Shown here piece by piece: positions 24,825 to 39,005 of a stretch of 64,000 nt of DNA; within the stretch, counting starts at the first letter, position 1, and each line of letters opens with the position of its first letter. A model generated the notes under the pieces. That model did no database searches, was not told the DNA's origin, and saw only the letters and a list, made by a program, of their open reading frames with translations. Position numbers and translations under genes: made by a program. The DNA comes from Ranitomeya imitator (taxonomy: Eukaryota), in assembly GCF_032444005.1 (NCBI RefSeq), contig NC_091282.1, positions 1,134,228,001 through 1,134,292,000 of the forward strand, written 5' to 3'.

Positions 24825-26964
24825 ATGATGACCTAATGACCTTAATGTAATATAGTTTACATTTTTTATTATAATTTTTTTTCATTTTTTTTAATCATTA
24901 TTTCTGTTTCCTTAACTTATTTAAGATTTACCGTATAACTTTTTCTAAAATTTAAAAGAACATTTTAGGACAAATGTTATAAATCTTTTACTAATAACAA
25001 TTGTTTAATTTGGTAAAAGGATTCCAGTATTGTTTCTGATGCCAAGGATGGGCCATCAGCATGTTATGGTATGGTAGGGAGCTCCAACATGGACCACCAA
25101 AGATCAGAATTCGTTCATTTTCAGCTTTCTTATTATCCAAGAACTGTGTATGTGTTTGTTCCTGGTACTGTAGCTCCTGCACCCTTTCTTCCTTAGATCA
25201 CCATGATTACACATTAATGGTTTGTCCTAGGTAGAAGTCATCAATGTTTTCTTCACGAGAAGATTTCAGCAAATTCATAACATTAAGAGACTATTATTCT
25301 TTTGATAAAAACTTCAATATCATAGATTTTTTTTGTTTATTACAATAGGTAAAGTTTTACTGGGTAAAGTAGCTTAGGCTCTGTTCACATCTCATTCTAA
25401 GTCTATGGGGACATCTAGCACTGTTGGTGACTGTCGTGTGGCAGATCCGACACTTCAATATTATAATTTTTCTATTTCTAAGATACAAAATAAAATCTGT
25501 AATTAACAACACAGATGTGAATTCATCCTTAGAGGTTAGTGCTGCTACTGTACAATATAAGAGCTTCATCAATTAAACCCAAGCATTTGTGTGCTCTTTG
25601 TGTTTGCATTGGCTTCCTTCCACTCTACGAGAACATTATTATCATAACCTTAGAGATTTAATTAACCACATCTTAAATATAAGATGGCTTTATTTCTACC
25701 GATATATTTGGTTTGTTTAAATTTTCAGGTGTTATGTAAAAAAAATCTTCACAGGGTTGATTGCTTTGGTAAGCCCATTGTCAGTTTACCTATCATGCAG
25801 TTCTGAATTAATAGAGGGAGCTATCTCTCTTTGGAGGCCCTAGTTCTTATGTAACTTACGGTAATTTCCCCAAAGGTGGCACTGCAGAGAAAGGGAAAAC
25901 TTCCTATTAGGAATCTAGACATATTATGGCTTATTGCTTAGGTTCCTAACAATAGGACACCTGCGATTAGCCAATTCTTGAAGAACTGTTCTTACAAAGA
26001 ATGAAGTTTGAGTACTTAATCTTTATAAATCCAGCATTAAAACAACATGGAGCATAATGTCCTTTGCATGTATTCCCATCACTCGCTGCATCGGATTTTC
26101 TATATGTGTATGCTGCTCCACTCCTTAACTAATATATTTGTGTGTTTTTACTAAAGAATATTATTATTAGAGCTTCTCTCTTTATTCCTTATTATCATTG
26201 TTTCCCTGGCCAAATTTCAGAACATGCACCCTGCTGAAATAATTATTATTTTACAACACATTTTAAATGAATGTCACCGCTGGATACACGTGCTTGCTGG
26301 CCAAACACTTGAAAAGATTTCATTCAAAGACTTCCGATGGTAATCCTTCACATTGCTATAGGAATGTTATTCAACCTACACACTTACTCTGGATGCTGCT
26401 GGGAAAATGTTTGAATTAGGACTAATTAATGGAATGATTCTGTCTGAAACATAATATTTTCTTGGCCATGGATACTGCCATTTATTTTTTTGCATATCTT
26501 TGTCTCCTTCTCTGAGAATTCTGTATACGGGTGGACTATTACTTTAAATGATGCCTCCTGCAAATGATCACATTTCTAGGTCTGTACTAGTTCCAGTACC
26601 CAGAGCATACTTACCAACCAACACTTTAAAGTAAAAATTTGGAACATTTAAGCCCTGCCTCAAGGACTATCCTCGAAAGAAACCCCAAATGACCAGGAAT
26701 GCTTTAGATTTAATAATCATTTCTCTTTTACAGACTGGTTTTTGACACTATCCCAGTACCGTCCTTGAAATGCATTAGGCAAATAAGGGCCCCTACCATA
26801 CTTCTTTATACCTCTGATATCAATGCGTTTTTTTTCTAGAATCTGCTTGGAAGAAAAAGAGTAAATTGTGCATTACATGTGGTATTACACAGGGATCCTG
26901 ACTTGCTTTAAATGACAAATATATCTATCATAAGGCACTAAGGGCTCACTATGTTGCTGTATGT

Positions 26965-28757
26965 ATCCAGGATTCTGACACGGTCTCCCTTGCTGCAATT
27001 TCCCTTGGTGGCTTACAATTCTCCCATTCCACGAGACCCACAAACAGACCTGGTGGTGGAGTCGGCATACTCCTGTCCCCACAATGCACTTTCCAGGTCA
27101 TCCCCCCAGTTCCATCACTCTCATTTCCTTCTTTTGAGGTTCATAACATCAGGCTCGTCCGTCCCCTCTCCCTCAGAGTAGCGTTCATATATCGGCCCCC
27201 AGGCTCGCCCACCCACTTCCTTGACCACTTCTCAGCCTGGCTGCTGCACTTCATGTCCTCAGAACTCCCAACCCTTATCCTGGGAGACTTCAACATCCCC
27301 ATAAATAGTCCCACCTCCACATCTGCATCCCAGCTTCTATCACTAATCACTAGTGTTGAGCGATACCGTCCGATACTTGAAAGTATCGGTATCGGATAGT
27401 ATCGGCCGATACCCGAAAAATATCGGATATCGCCGATACCGATATCCGATACCAATACAAGTCAATGGGACACCAAGTATCGGAAGGTATTCTGATGGTT
27501 CACAGGGCCTGAAGGAGAGGAAACTCTCCTTCAGGCCCTGGGATCCATAGGGATGTGTAAAATAAAGAATTAAAATAAAAAATATTGATATATTCACCTC
27601 TCCGGCGGCCCCTGGACTTCACGCTGGTAACCGTCAGGCTTCTTTGTTTAAAATGAGCGCCTTTAGGACCTGCGAATGATGTCGCGGCTTCTGATTGGTC
27701 GCGTGCCACTCATGTGACCGCCACGCGACCAATCAGAAGCCGCGACGTCATTCGCAGGTCCTCAATTCCTAGAATTAGGAGTTTAGTGAATGAGAATGAC
27801 GTCGCGGCTTCTGATTGGTCGCGTGGCGGTCACATGAGCGGCACGCGACCAATCAGAAGCCGCGACGTAATTCGCAGGTCCTAAAGGCGCTCATTTTAAA
27901 CAAAGAAGCCTGCCGGTTACCAGCGTGAAGTCCAGGGGCCGCCGGAGAGGTGAATATATCAATATTTTTTATTTTAATTCTTTATTTTACACATCCCTAT
28001 GGAACCGATACCGATACCCGATACCACAAAAGTATCGGATCTCGGTATCGGAATTCCGATACCGCAAGTATCGGCCGATACCCGATACTTGCAGTATCGG
28101 AATGCTCAACACTACTAATCACTTCTCTCGGCCTCTCACAGCTCTCAATCTCTGAAACACACAAGGATGGTAACACCCTTGACATGGTCTTTGTCCGGCT
28201 CTGTTCAATCTACTACCTAGAAAACTCACCACTTCCCCTCTCTGACCACAACATTCTTTCCTTCACGCTCACAATTCCTCCCCCACCCCAGCACACTCCT
28301 ACCTACCACACATTCAGAAATCTACAAGCCATTAACTCTCATACACTTTCAGACTCCCTACACTCATCATTGTCCCCAATCTCCTCTTTTTCCTGTCCTG
28401 ATCTGGTGGTACATCACTACAATGACAGTCTCAGAAGCACCCTGGACCAAGTAGCTCCCCTCACCTTCAGAACCTCCAAGCACAGAGTAAAAGAGCCCTG
28501 GCTCACATTGCCAACTTGACTTCTCCAGTGATGCTCTAGAAGTGCTGAACGCTTATGGAGGAAAACTCACACCCCAGATTATTTCATCCACTACAAATTT
28601 ATGTTAACAACCTATAACTCTGCCCTTCACCTCGCCAAACAGACCTACTACACCACCCTGATATCCTCACTATCCAACAACCCCAAGAAACTTTTTGACA
28701 CCTTTCACTCACTCCTCAGGCCAAAAGCACTAGAACCTATCACAGACGTTTGTACTG
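26965..28757 (+). mobile_element. L2-clade LINE fragment (APE endonuclease and linker), split by a hAT MITE
   Basis: After removing the MITE, translation gives RPGGGVGILL, IYRPPG, LILGDFNI, THKDGNTLD, LSDHNIL and EPWLT. Confidence 0.85.
27351..28114. mobile_element. hAT MITE, 764 bp, perfect 8-bp TSD
   Basis: CTAATCAC|TAGTGTTGAGC...GCTCAACACTA|CTAATCAC. The interior is largely self-complementary. Confidence 0.93.
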
Positions 28758-29812
28758 CTCCACAAGCTTGCTTCATTTGATTACTCAGATAGAGGTGCAA
28801 TCCTCTAATTTTATTCACATAGCTACAAAGTTAACTCTCTGGATATGCTTTATTGAGTATATAATTTGAACTTCCTCCAAGGTACAGTAGGTTTCACTAC
28901 TATTCAAAGCAACAAACTATTTTGGCTATATATAATAATGAGGCATAGGCTATTATTAAAGGGGTGGTTCAAAACCTAACAGTGAACCTAATATCTAACT
29001 ATTTAATTTTGAAACCAGACTATTTTCGTAATGTTCACCAACCAAAAATTCCCTATTGTGCCCACAGTGTTTTAATTTACTGTGTTTTTTTTCCACTTAC
29101 AATGTAGTTTCATTTGAGTCTTCCAGCATGCTCTGGAGATTCTGAAACAGAATGTAATCAGTGGGGCAGGGCTACTGTCACTCAAAACTGCTTTTGCCCT
29201 GAAATGGGTCATCATCAGGGGAATAGCGGTGCAGTCACTACTCACAGCTGCTATCATCGCCCTGAAAATGGACATCATCATTTATTGGGCTTAGTCTACT
29301 ATTTTTCTACTGAGCATGAACTGGTTGTCAATTATGACACATGCTCAGTATGCTCTCCCTGCTTACAATGTTCTTTCCCTTTCAATGCACATAGGCAGTG
29401 TGTCGCAATATGCCTCTCTTTGGCTTTAAAAGTTGGTAGATATGCCTTTATGTGACTATCTCATGCACTATGACCCGACCTATTCCACCACATATTTTTT
29501 TCTTTTGAAGAGAGCGCTCAATTTATACTTCTGCCATGGGCCCCAATTATTTCTGTGTGCAATGCTGATGGTGATTACATTTCACAAAATACATCAGCTT
29601 AGGAAAGATGGTCTAGCCTCATGAAATTGAACTGACTCTGCTCCGCATCTTATCTAAGTGCAGCAAGTGAGGGATCACTAACGAAGAACTGCTGTGCACT
29701 AACACACAGTCTCCCTTGCCTTCTGCTTGTGATAGGTTCCTCTCTGTTAGCTCTCAGTAGGAGCAGGCAGGGTAGAATGATGTGGAACAACATTTTATAG
29801 GATACACTAGAG

Positions 29813-30340
29813 CAGGGGTCCCCAACCTGTAGTTCGGGAGCCACATGTGGCTCGCAGTCCCATTAATTTTGGTTCGCGGCTGTCTGTCAGCTTGATGAAT
29901 TAGCTCCAGTTCTAGCAAACAGGTATGAAGAGCAAATCTGAAAATGGTGAATTTTGTGGGCAGCTCTGCACAGAAGAGCAGATCTGGACGCACACATCCT
30001 GGTCTTAGGGGTTTTGAGATGATTTAAATATGATACGCTGGAGACAAGATGATACCACCTGTCAGAGGAAATGTTTCAAGCTGGATGTGACAGTGTCTTG
30101 GGAGTGGTTTACAGGAGAATACTGAATGGGGGTATTGTGGGAACCCCTGGATCTTAGTATACTGCTTTGATGCAATTTTTGTGGAAAAGCTTTGGTTAAC
30201 CATTATGCCTGTAATAGGGGCTGTTGTGAGGGGGGCGGGAGCTGAATGTGGCTCGCGACCCACTCTCAAGACTGGATGTGGCTCCCGACCCTCTCTGAGC
30301 TGAATGTTGCTCTCAAGGTCAGAAACGTTGGGGACCACTG
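29813..30340. mobile_element. hAT (Charlie-type) MITE, 528 bp, perfect 8-bp TSD
   Basis: CACTAGAG|CAGGGGTCCCCAAC...GTTGGGGACCACTG|CACTAGAG. Confidence 0.92.
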
Positions 30341-31095
30341 CACTAGAGATACATACTGCAGTCAGCACGCACAGTGTATCAACTGATCAACAGTGTATCA
30401 CACTAACTACTACTATTACTACTGGTGAGTTAGCACAATAAGTAAAAAAAAATATTGTAGTGTAACTTAAAGTTTACCTTAATATAGTTGATATTTCATT
30501 ATATATGAATACTTTTTCTGTGTTCTGTTTAGCAATGATTCCGTTATATATATTTATTACTCTATTCAGTAATGTAAGAATCTTATATAAAAATCTTGTA
30601 TAAAAACAATGGATTGAACTGCATTGGTTGGAATGATTCATGCAATGTTTAATAAATGTAGACTTGAAGCTGAAACTCTTATAATTTTATTTCTGTTTTA
30701 TGATATTACTATCAAAATATAAAAGTCATGGTGCCCCTTGGTGATCTGTTTCAAGAAATTTCAAAGATATCTTTCAGGAACTTTACATTTAAAAGAGATG
30801 TATTTTTCTATAAAGAGCACCTGTAGAATCAGATAGCTGAGCAAACTCTGAATAGCAGAGTTTTACTTGTTTGAAATGTTTCATATTTGATGATCACTTT
30901 TGTCTAGTAGATGTGCCTTCATTTTCCTACATAGTTAACTCAAAGTATTCAAAATTGATTCAGCCATCTAATTGGGTCAGAGCTGAGAGTTCTGGCTGTT
31001 AATTATTTCATTATTAAAGGGCTGTGTTGTGAAGACAATTTTTTCTAAATTCTGATGATCAGCGATTATTGCTTAAATAATCCATAGCCAGCCAC

Positions 31096-31397
31096 TAGTG
31101 ATGAGTGAGTGTGCTTGTTACTCGAGTATTCCCGGGCATGCTCGGGTGTTCTTTGAGTATTTGGGTGTGCTCGTAAATTTAGTTTGTGTCGCTGCAGCTG
31201 CATGATTTGTGGCTGCTAGACAGCCTGGATACATGTGGGGATTTCCTAACAAACAGGCAGCCCCTGCATGTGTTCAGGCTGTCTAGCAGTCACAAATCAT
31301 GCAGCTGTGGCGACAATTACGAGCACGCCCAAATACTCGGAGAACACTCGAGCATGCGTGGGAAAACTCGAGTAACGAGCATACTAACTGATCACTA
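31096..31397. mobile_element. hAT MITE, 302 bp
   Basis: CCAGCCAC|TAGTGATGAG...GATCACTA|CCAACCAC (TSD 7/8), with an internally inverted structure. Confidence 0.85.
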
Positions 31398-34275
31398 CCA
31401 ACCACGTATTTCACCTCCAGTGAACTTGCTCCAAAAAAGTAGCATTACACGCTGGTTAGTTAATGAATGGTCTACAACTAAGCATAAATATCCATGAGCC
31501 ATAACTGTAGAAAAAAAGACATCCAAAAATTTACCAAACTGAGGTTCTTAGTTTAACATTCTGATCAGACTGTATGAAGTGGGTCCCTAACCTAAAAGGT
31601 GTGGCGTCATATGCCGACCACTATGAAAAGTGACAGTGCACCAGGAGGGGGAATGACCTGGTGGTCCACAGCACCTATGATGCTATCCAAAGACCCGTTG
31701 GCACAATGCCACACCACCCAACAGGCACACCACCATAGCAGCATCAATATATGTTTTTAGGGTATGTGTTCCATGTATTTTTTCCTACAGGTATGACATA
31801 TTGCTTGGATTAACACTCCACCCATTTGACCCATGTGTTTTTAAATTAGCAGGAGGCTGCCAGAATGGTTCGGCCTATTTTTGCTCTCAGATCACAGTCT
31901 GAGAACATGTGGGAGGTGAGTTTTGTATAGATTTATTCATTATTCACTCATATTGTTGCTGCGTGAAGGCCATTGCTGCTTTGATAATGTGTCTGTGGTA
32001 TGGTATGGCCTGGAGCCAGGGCCACCATCATGGCACTACCACCCTTACTGGTGTATGGGGCCTGGTGAGCAGAATCAAAGAGGGGAGTCCAGACTGTGTG
32101 AGACACGCTGATGCCCCTCTTTTTCTTCTGCTCAGTGGACCCCGGATTATGAGTGCAGTGCCCCAAATCTCAGTTTAGATTTTTTTTAAAAAAAAAACCT
32201 TTACTTGTGAGTAGGGGTCGGATTGGTGAAGTCATTCAGTTGAAGTATATTGAGGAGCGACATGGAGGGACAAGGCTAAATGAGCTACAGATAACCAGGG
32301 AGAAGGAAATACAAGGAAAGAAAGAAAAGAGCGGGAGATAGAAAAGATGGAAAAAGTGCCAAGAGACAGAGAGGCAGGGCTCACCAGAGTTAGAGACAGA
32401 AGACAAGAGAAAGGCAGGAAACACAAGAGAGACAGGTGAGGGGTATGTATAGAAGACACTTGCTGACTCTTACTCGACGTACCCCCTTTTTTGCTGCACT
32501 GTAGTCCCTCTTGTCTGGCTGCAGTATATTGGCAATGCATGCCAGTACTGCTTGTCATTTATGATAAATTGAATGTATTATTGTGTGTCCTTTTCTTCAG
32601 CTTATGATGTTATAGGCTGTCAGAATAGGACGTAATCGCGTATTGGGGCTGTTGACTGCCTCATGCTAGTAGGACAACATAAGTAAGGATATGGATTAAG
32701 TGATATGTAATCTCCATATATGCACAGGGATGTTGCCTGGGATTTTGGTTTTCCCAGTATACCTTAACTCAGTTGTCTGATTGCCTATGATGAATTACCT
32801 TTTAACCTGTAACACCTTTTTGTACATTTGGTGTTTTTGAAATGCTGAGGCACTGGCACTTTATGAATAGAATTTTGAAAAACATTTTTCCATGATCCAG
32901 CCCCCATGTCTGCTATACACTTTTTTGGATGAGCTGGTTATCCTGTTCCCACCGAGCCTTTCATTTTTTTCCTTGCCTTTATTTATATAATGTCCCTTTT
33001 TTGTCAATATAAGTATTTTTTTAATAAACTTTGTACTAATTTTTGAAAGGATTGTTGCTCCTTGTTTTTGGTATTTAAATGGTTATGATGGAGTGTTCAT
33101 AATACAGTTGGCCTATTTGAGACAGCAGGCCTCAACATTGATAATTTTATGCCACTGTTATATCTGCTCTAGGATTATTGTTTTCATAGAATGGGATTTG
33201 GCTGGTTCTAGCTGGTTCAGGGGAACCGATTGTTCAAACTGCAGCGTGTTCCACGATTCGGTTCTGTGTGCAACCTATTTGAACTCACATTCAGTTGAAG
33301 TATATTGTGGTACAAAAAAGCCACCAGCTTCAAGCACTGCAATAGTTAACATCCACCAGCCAATCAGAGGCCAGCAGCTGAAGTTCTGACCCTCCATTGA
33401 TTTACATAGTAAAAGTCACTTACCGAGCACAAAGCACAGCACAATGCAGAGAGTCTGAAGAGTGGTGAAGTCAGTGAGAGGAGGAGTGGAATGGTGCGGG
33501 ACATTGGAGAAGATGACGGTAGATGTTTTTTCATACAGAGGCACCACATGCACAGACACACGGTTTAACCTCTTGTCACTAATTCCACCCATCGGCGCCC
33601 TTGTCACATGACTGCGGGTTGCCAATGGGTTAGCATGACAACCCAGGGTCTGCAGCAGACCCCTGTGCTTATCATTGTCGGTTTGCTATTAGTGCCGCCC
33701 AGCAGTCTTCGCTCATAGCAAGTGAGCATCTCTGCTACATAGAACAGGGCTGAAGCCCCACAATAGTTAGCACAGGCAATCAGATGATCGCAGCTTCTAG
33801 TCTCCCATAAAGACTATTGAAGCAAATGAAAAGTTAAAAAAAAAATGTTTTTAAAAATATTAAAAAAGTAAAAACATAAAAGTTTAAACCACCCTCCATT
33901 CGCCCGATTCAAAATAAAACAATTAAAAAAAATTAAAAATACACATACCTGGCAACGCCATGTTCAGAATCGCCTGATCTATCAATACATAAAAAGAATT
34001 AATCCGATCGGTAAACGGCGTAGTGAGAAAAAAAGTCAAAATGTCAGAATTACGTTTTTTTGGTCGCCGCAAAATTATATTAAAATGGTCGATTAAAAGA
34101 TCGTATCTACACCAAAATGGTATAAAAAAAAACGTCCGCTCGGCGCGCAAAAAATGAGCCCTCATAAACCCCAGATCATGAAAAATGGAGACACTATGAG
34201 TCTCGGAAAATCACACATTTTTTTTTTTAACAAACTTTAGATTTTTTTGTCATCAATTAAATAAAAAAGAACATT

Positions 34276-34320
34276 CAGCTCTGGCAAAAATTAAGAGACC
34301 ATTGCAAACTTTTCTGTGAA
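34276..34320. mobile_element. Isolated Tc1 terminal inverted repeat
   Basis: CAGCTCTGGCAAAAATTAAGAGACCATTGCAAA is the reverse complement of the end at 37528-37560, apart from one mismatch. Confidence 0.75.
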
Positions 34321-34426
34321 CAGAACCAGACCCCAATAAAACAATCCTTATCTAAGAACTGGCCCAATATTTATGGACATAACTGTTTATCACTCATGGT
34401 AATTCTGCTTCATGTCACCTGTCTTA

Positions 34427-34743
34427 GGTTAGGTTCACATTGCGTTAGTGCAGTCTGTTTAGCACATACGCTAACGGACTGCGTTAATGCAATTGCCAAA
34501 AAGGGATCGTGTTATGCTCTATCTGCGCTAGCGGGAACGGACCCAAAAACGCTGAAGGCAGCGTTCGAGGGTCCATCACAAAATAACGGCACATCACTAA
34601 CGCATGCCAATAATGGCATGTGTTAGCGATGCGCTACATAATTGCGGTCAATAGGTGCGCTAACGGATCCGTTACATAGCGTTAGTGCCACTATGAAACG
34701 GATTCCGTCAGCGGACACCCACTAACACAATATGAACCTAGCC
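34427..34743. mobile_element. Harbinger-type MITE, TTA TSD
   Basis: TTA|GGTTAGGTTCACATTGCGTT...AACACAATATGAACCTAGCC|TTA. Confidence 0.87.
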
Positions 34744-34822
34744 TTATCCATGCTTTTTCCCTATTTTTTCTCTATGCTATGTTGTGCATAAATATGTGAT
34801 TCTTCAGAATTTGTTTTAGTCT

Positions 34823-34863
34823 TTGCCTGATGAAGAGACTTGTGTAGTGTCGAAAGCTTGCAA
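34823..34863 (+). ncRNA. Minimal type-I hammerhead ribozyme motif (Penelope-like pLTR remnant)
   Basis: TTGC-CTGATGA-A-GAGAC(ttgtgta)GTGTC-GAAA-GC-TT-GCAA. Core CUGAUGA and GAAA are intact. Stem I has 4 bp, stem II has 4/5 pairs, and a palindromic AGCT replaces stem III. Confidence 0.65.
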
Positions 34864-35069
34864 TTTGTTACCATCTTTTCAGTTAGCCATTAAAAGGTAT
34901 CAACCACTGAGGACTCTCAATTCTAAATATTTCTCCATTGTATCAGGCATTATTCTGAATTCAAACCTTGTGTCCAGGGTTGCCAACATGACTCTTTCTT
35001 TTTTTCTGGACAGCTTATCTAGGTTTATATAATTTTGGCTTTTCTGGCTCATTGTCTCTGCTTTATTAT

Positions 35070-35072
<3 letters not shown>

Positions 35073-35127
<55 letters not shown>
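35073..35127. repeat. (AT)n microsatellite
   Basis: About 27 uninterrupted AT units. Confidence 0.97.
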
Positions 35128-35132
<5 letters not shown>

Positions 35133-35148
35133 TATATATATTTATATA

Positions 35149-36308
<1,160 letters not shown>

Positions 36309-36764
36309 GACACAGAAAATCTGGAGCTAAACAACCACCAATTAGATCACAAAAAAGTTTTTTAATGGTACAATAGTATTAAAAATGTACAAAAAGATCA
36401 CATTTATCACAGAACAATTGTGAGAAAACAGAGAAGTTCAAATGAGGTTCAGGTACACCCAGAAAGTGTCACATCAAGAACATCATGACATAGTAATCAC
36501 AAGGATATAAGAAACCGCTTTAAAAAATATATAGTGCCATATAAAGTGGCAGATCAATGTTGCATAATATGGGGTAACAGAGTCCCCAATACTACATGCA
36601 AGAAATAGTGAAGGTATCATAAATTTTAAGAGTCAGTGACCACTAAATCACTATATGTAGTTAGGGGATTAGTATTTCTATCATCTATTCTCACCCATGT
36701 CAGTGACCATAGATGCAAGCACGCACCCCCTGAAGCATCCCTAGATCAACACCTTGTCGTCTAA

Positions 36765-37560
36765 TGGTTAGACGGAGACCTGGAGAGGCGTACAAGCCAC
36801 AGTGTCTTGCACCCACTGTGAAATTTGGTGGAGGATCGGTGTTGATCTGGGGATGCTTCAGCAAGGCTGGAATTGGGCAGGTTGTTCTTTGCGAAGGATG
36901 TATGAATCAAGCCGCATACAAGGTTATCCTGGAAAAACAGTTGATTCCTTCTGCTCAGGCAATGTTCCCCAACTCTGAGAACTGGTTTTTCCATCAGGAG
37001 AATGCACCATGCCACACAGCTAGGTCAATCAAGTTGTGGATGAAGAACCACCACATCAAATCCCTGCCATGGACAGCCCAATCTCCAGACCTGAACCCCA
37101 ATGAAAACCTCTGGAATGTAATCAAGAGGAAGATGGATAGTCACAAGCCATCAAACAAAGAAGAACGGCTTACATTTTTTAGTGTGAAAGACTGATGGAA
37201 AGCATGCCAAGACGCATGATGAAAGTTGTGATTAAAAATCATGGTTATTCCACAAAATATTGATTTCTAAACTCTTCCTGAGTTAAAACATTAGTATTGT
37301 TGTTTCTAAATGATTAGAAACTTGTTTTGTTTTTTTGCATTAATTGAGGTCTGCAAGCAATGCATTTTTTTGTTTTTTTTGACCATTTCTCATTTTCAAA
37401 AAATAAATACAAAAGTTATTACTTGAAACTTCGGAGACATGTTGTCAGAAGTTTATAGAATAAAAGGCCAATTTACATTTTACTAAAAAATATACCTATA
37501 AAGAGAAAAATCAGACAAACTGAAAATTTTGCAGTGGTCTCTTAATTTTTGCCAGAGCTG
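36765..37560 (+). mobile_element. Tc1 element 3' half: transposase catalytic domain plus right TIR
   Basis: ORF 36764-37195 (TVKFGGGSVLIWGCF...HQENAPCHTA...SPDLNPNENLW). Ends ...TTTTTGCCAGAGCTG|TA. Confidence 0.9.
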
Positions 37561-38152
37561 TATATATGGTAAACTTTATTATTGCACCTTATATATATGA
37601 TAAACTTTATTATTGCACCTTATTTGGCGTCGTTATATTTATTCCTTGATTCATAGTGTTAATTGCCACATCATTTGTGTTGATTACCATATTATTGCAC
37701 TACTTTATTTTTTGGTGCCTATTACAGACTCCATATGTTGTATTTCCGCATGTACACCCATATAACTATTTAGGGCTATACTTATATGCCCCTTTTGTAG
37801 TGTGGTGGGTGTTATACTAATAGCAGTACACATTGTGTATGTCAGCTTTGTTTTTTCCTGTTTTTAATTGTTTTTAATAGTGCATGTTTTTTGTCTCAAT
37901 AGAATATTATCTACTATATAATTGTCTAAGGGTCACTTCCGTCCGTCTGTCTGTCTGTCTGTCACGGATATTCATTGGTCACGGCCTCTGTCTGTCATGG
38001 AAATCCAGGTTGCTGATTGGTCGTGGCAAAACGCCCACGATCATTGCCACGATCAATCAGCGACGGGCACAGTCCGGCGGCAAAATGGCCGCTCCTTCCT
38101 CCCCGCAGTCAGTGCCCGCTCCATACTCCCCTCCAGTCAGCCCTCACAGAGG

Positions 38153-38310
38153 GTTAATGGCAGCGTTAATGGACCGCGGTGTAACGCACTCCATTACCAC
38201 AGCTATTATCCCTGCATACGCAGCATCAATAGTAAAAAGTTGGTCACGCAGGGATAATAGCTGTGGTAATGGAGTGCGTTACACCGCGGTCCATTAACGC
38301 TGCCATTAAC
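38153..38310. repeat. Perfect inverted repeat, 63-bp arms, 32-nt loop
   Basis: gttaatggcagcg...ttatccctgc (38153-38215) pairs with gcagggataa...ctgccattaac (38248-38310). Confidence 0.93.
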
Positions 38311-38529
38311 GGCGGCAGGTTCTGGTGCCAAGGATGCTATGTGAGAAGGACCTTCCATGACATCATGGTCATGTGACCGCGATGTCGTCACAGGTCCTGC
38401 GCTCATACCCACCCTGGGACTGAAAGCTGCCGCGTGCACTGCACACAGGTGTCAGGACTTCAAGGGGCCTTCGGAAGGTGAGTATATGTTTATTTTTTAT
38501 TTTAAGTCTTTATTAACCACGCATATAGT

Positions 38530-39005
38530 GCCCACATGGCTATATACTACGTGGGCTGTGTTACATACTGCGTGGGCTGCGTTATATACTACATGGCTGC
38601 TATGTACTACATGGGCAGTGTTATATACTATGCGGGCAATATTATATACTGCGTGGGCTGCGTTATATACTACATGGCTGCTATATACTATGTGGGCAAT
38701 GTTATATACTGCGTGGGCTGCGTTATATACTACATGGGTGCTATATACTACGTGGGCAGTGTTATATACTGTGTGGGCTGCGTTATATACTACATGGCTG
38801 CTATATACCACGTGGGCAGTCTTGTATACTATATGGGCAGTGTTATATACTGTGTGGGCTGCGTTATATACTGCATGGCTGCTAAATACTTCGTGACCAG
38901 TGTTATGTACTATGTGGGCAATGTTATATACTGCGTGGGCTGTGTTATATACTGTTTGGGCTGTGTTATATACTGCGTGGCCACTGTTATATACTGCATT
39001 GGCTG
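38530..39005. repeat. Minisatellite of ~18-21-bp units (tatatactRcgtgggcWgYgt / tatatactacatggctgc)
   Basis: More than 20 variant units inside the Helitron-like element. Confidence 0.9.

Noticed and set aside
25000-26900. Faint L1-like peptide fragments on the minus strand (also 47300-48400)
   Set aside because: Too degenerate to support by eye. Would need a translated profile search.
29190-29225. Minus-strand CTGATGA followed by a hairpin, as a second hammerhead
   Set aside because: The required GAAA is absent (reads CAAAA) and no stem I partner was found.
36312-36760. Penelope-like 3' end on the minus strand (similar impression at 32560-33070 and 49080-49260)
   Set aside because: Stylistic resemblance only. 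No ORF or ribozyme core was found to anchor the call.
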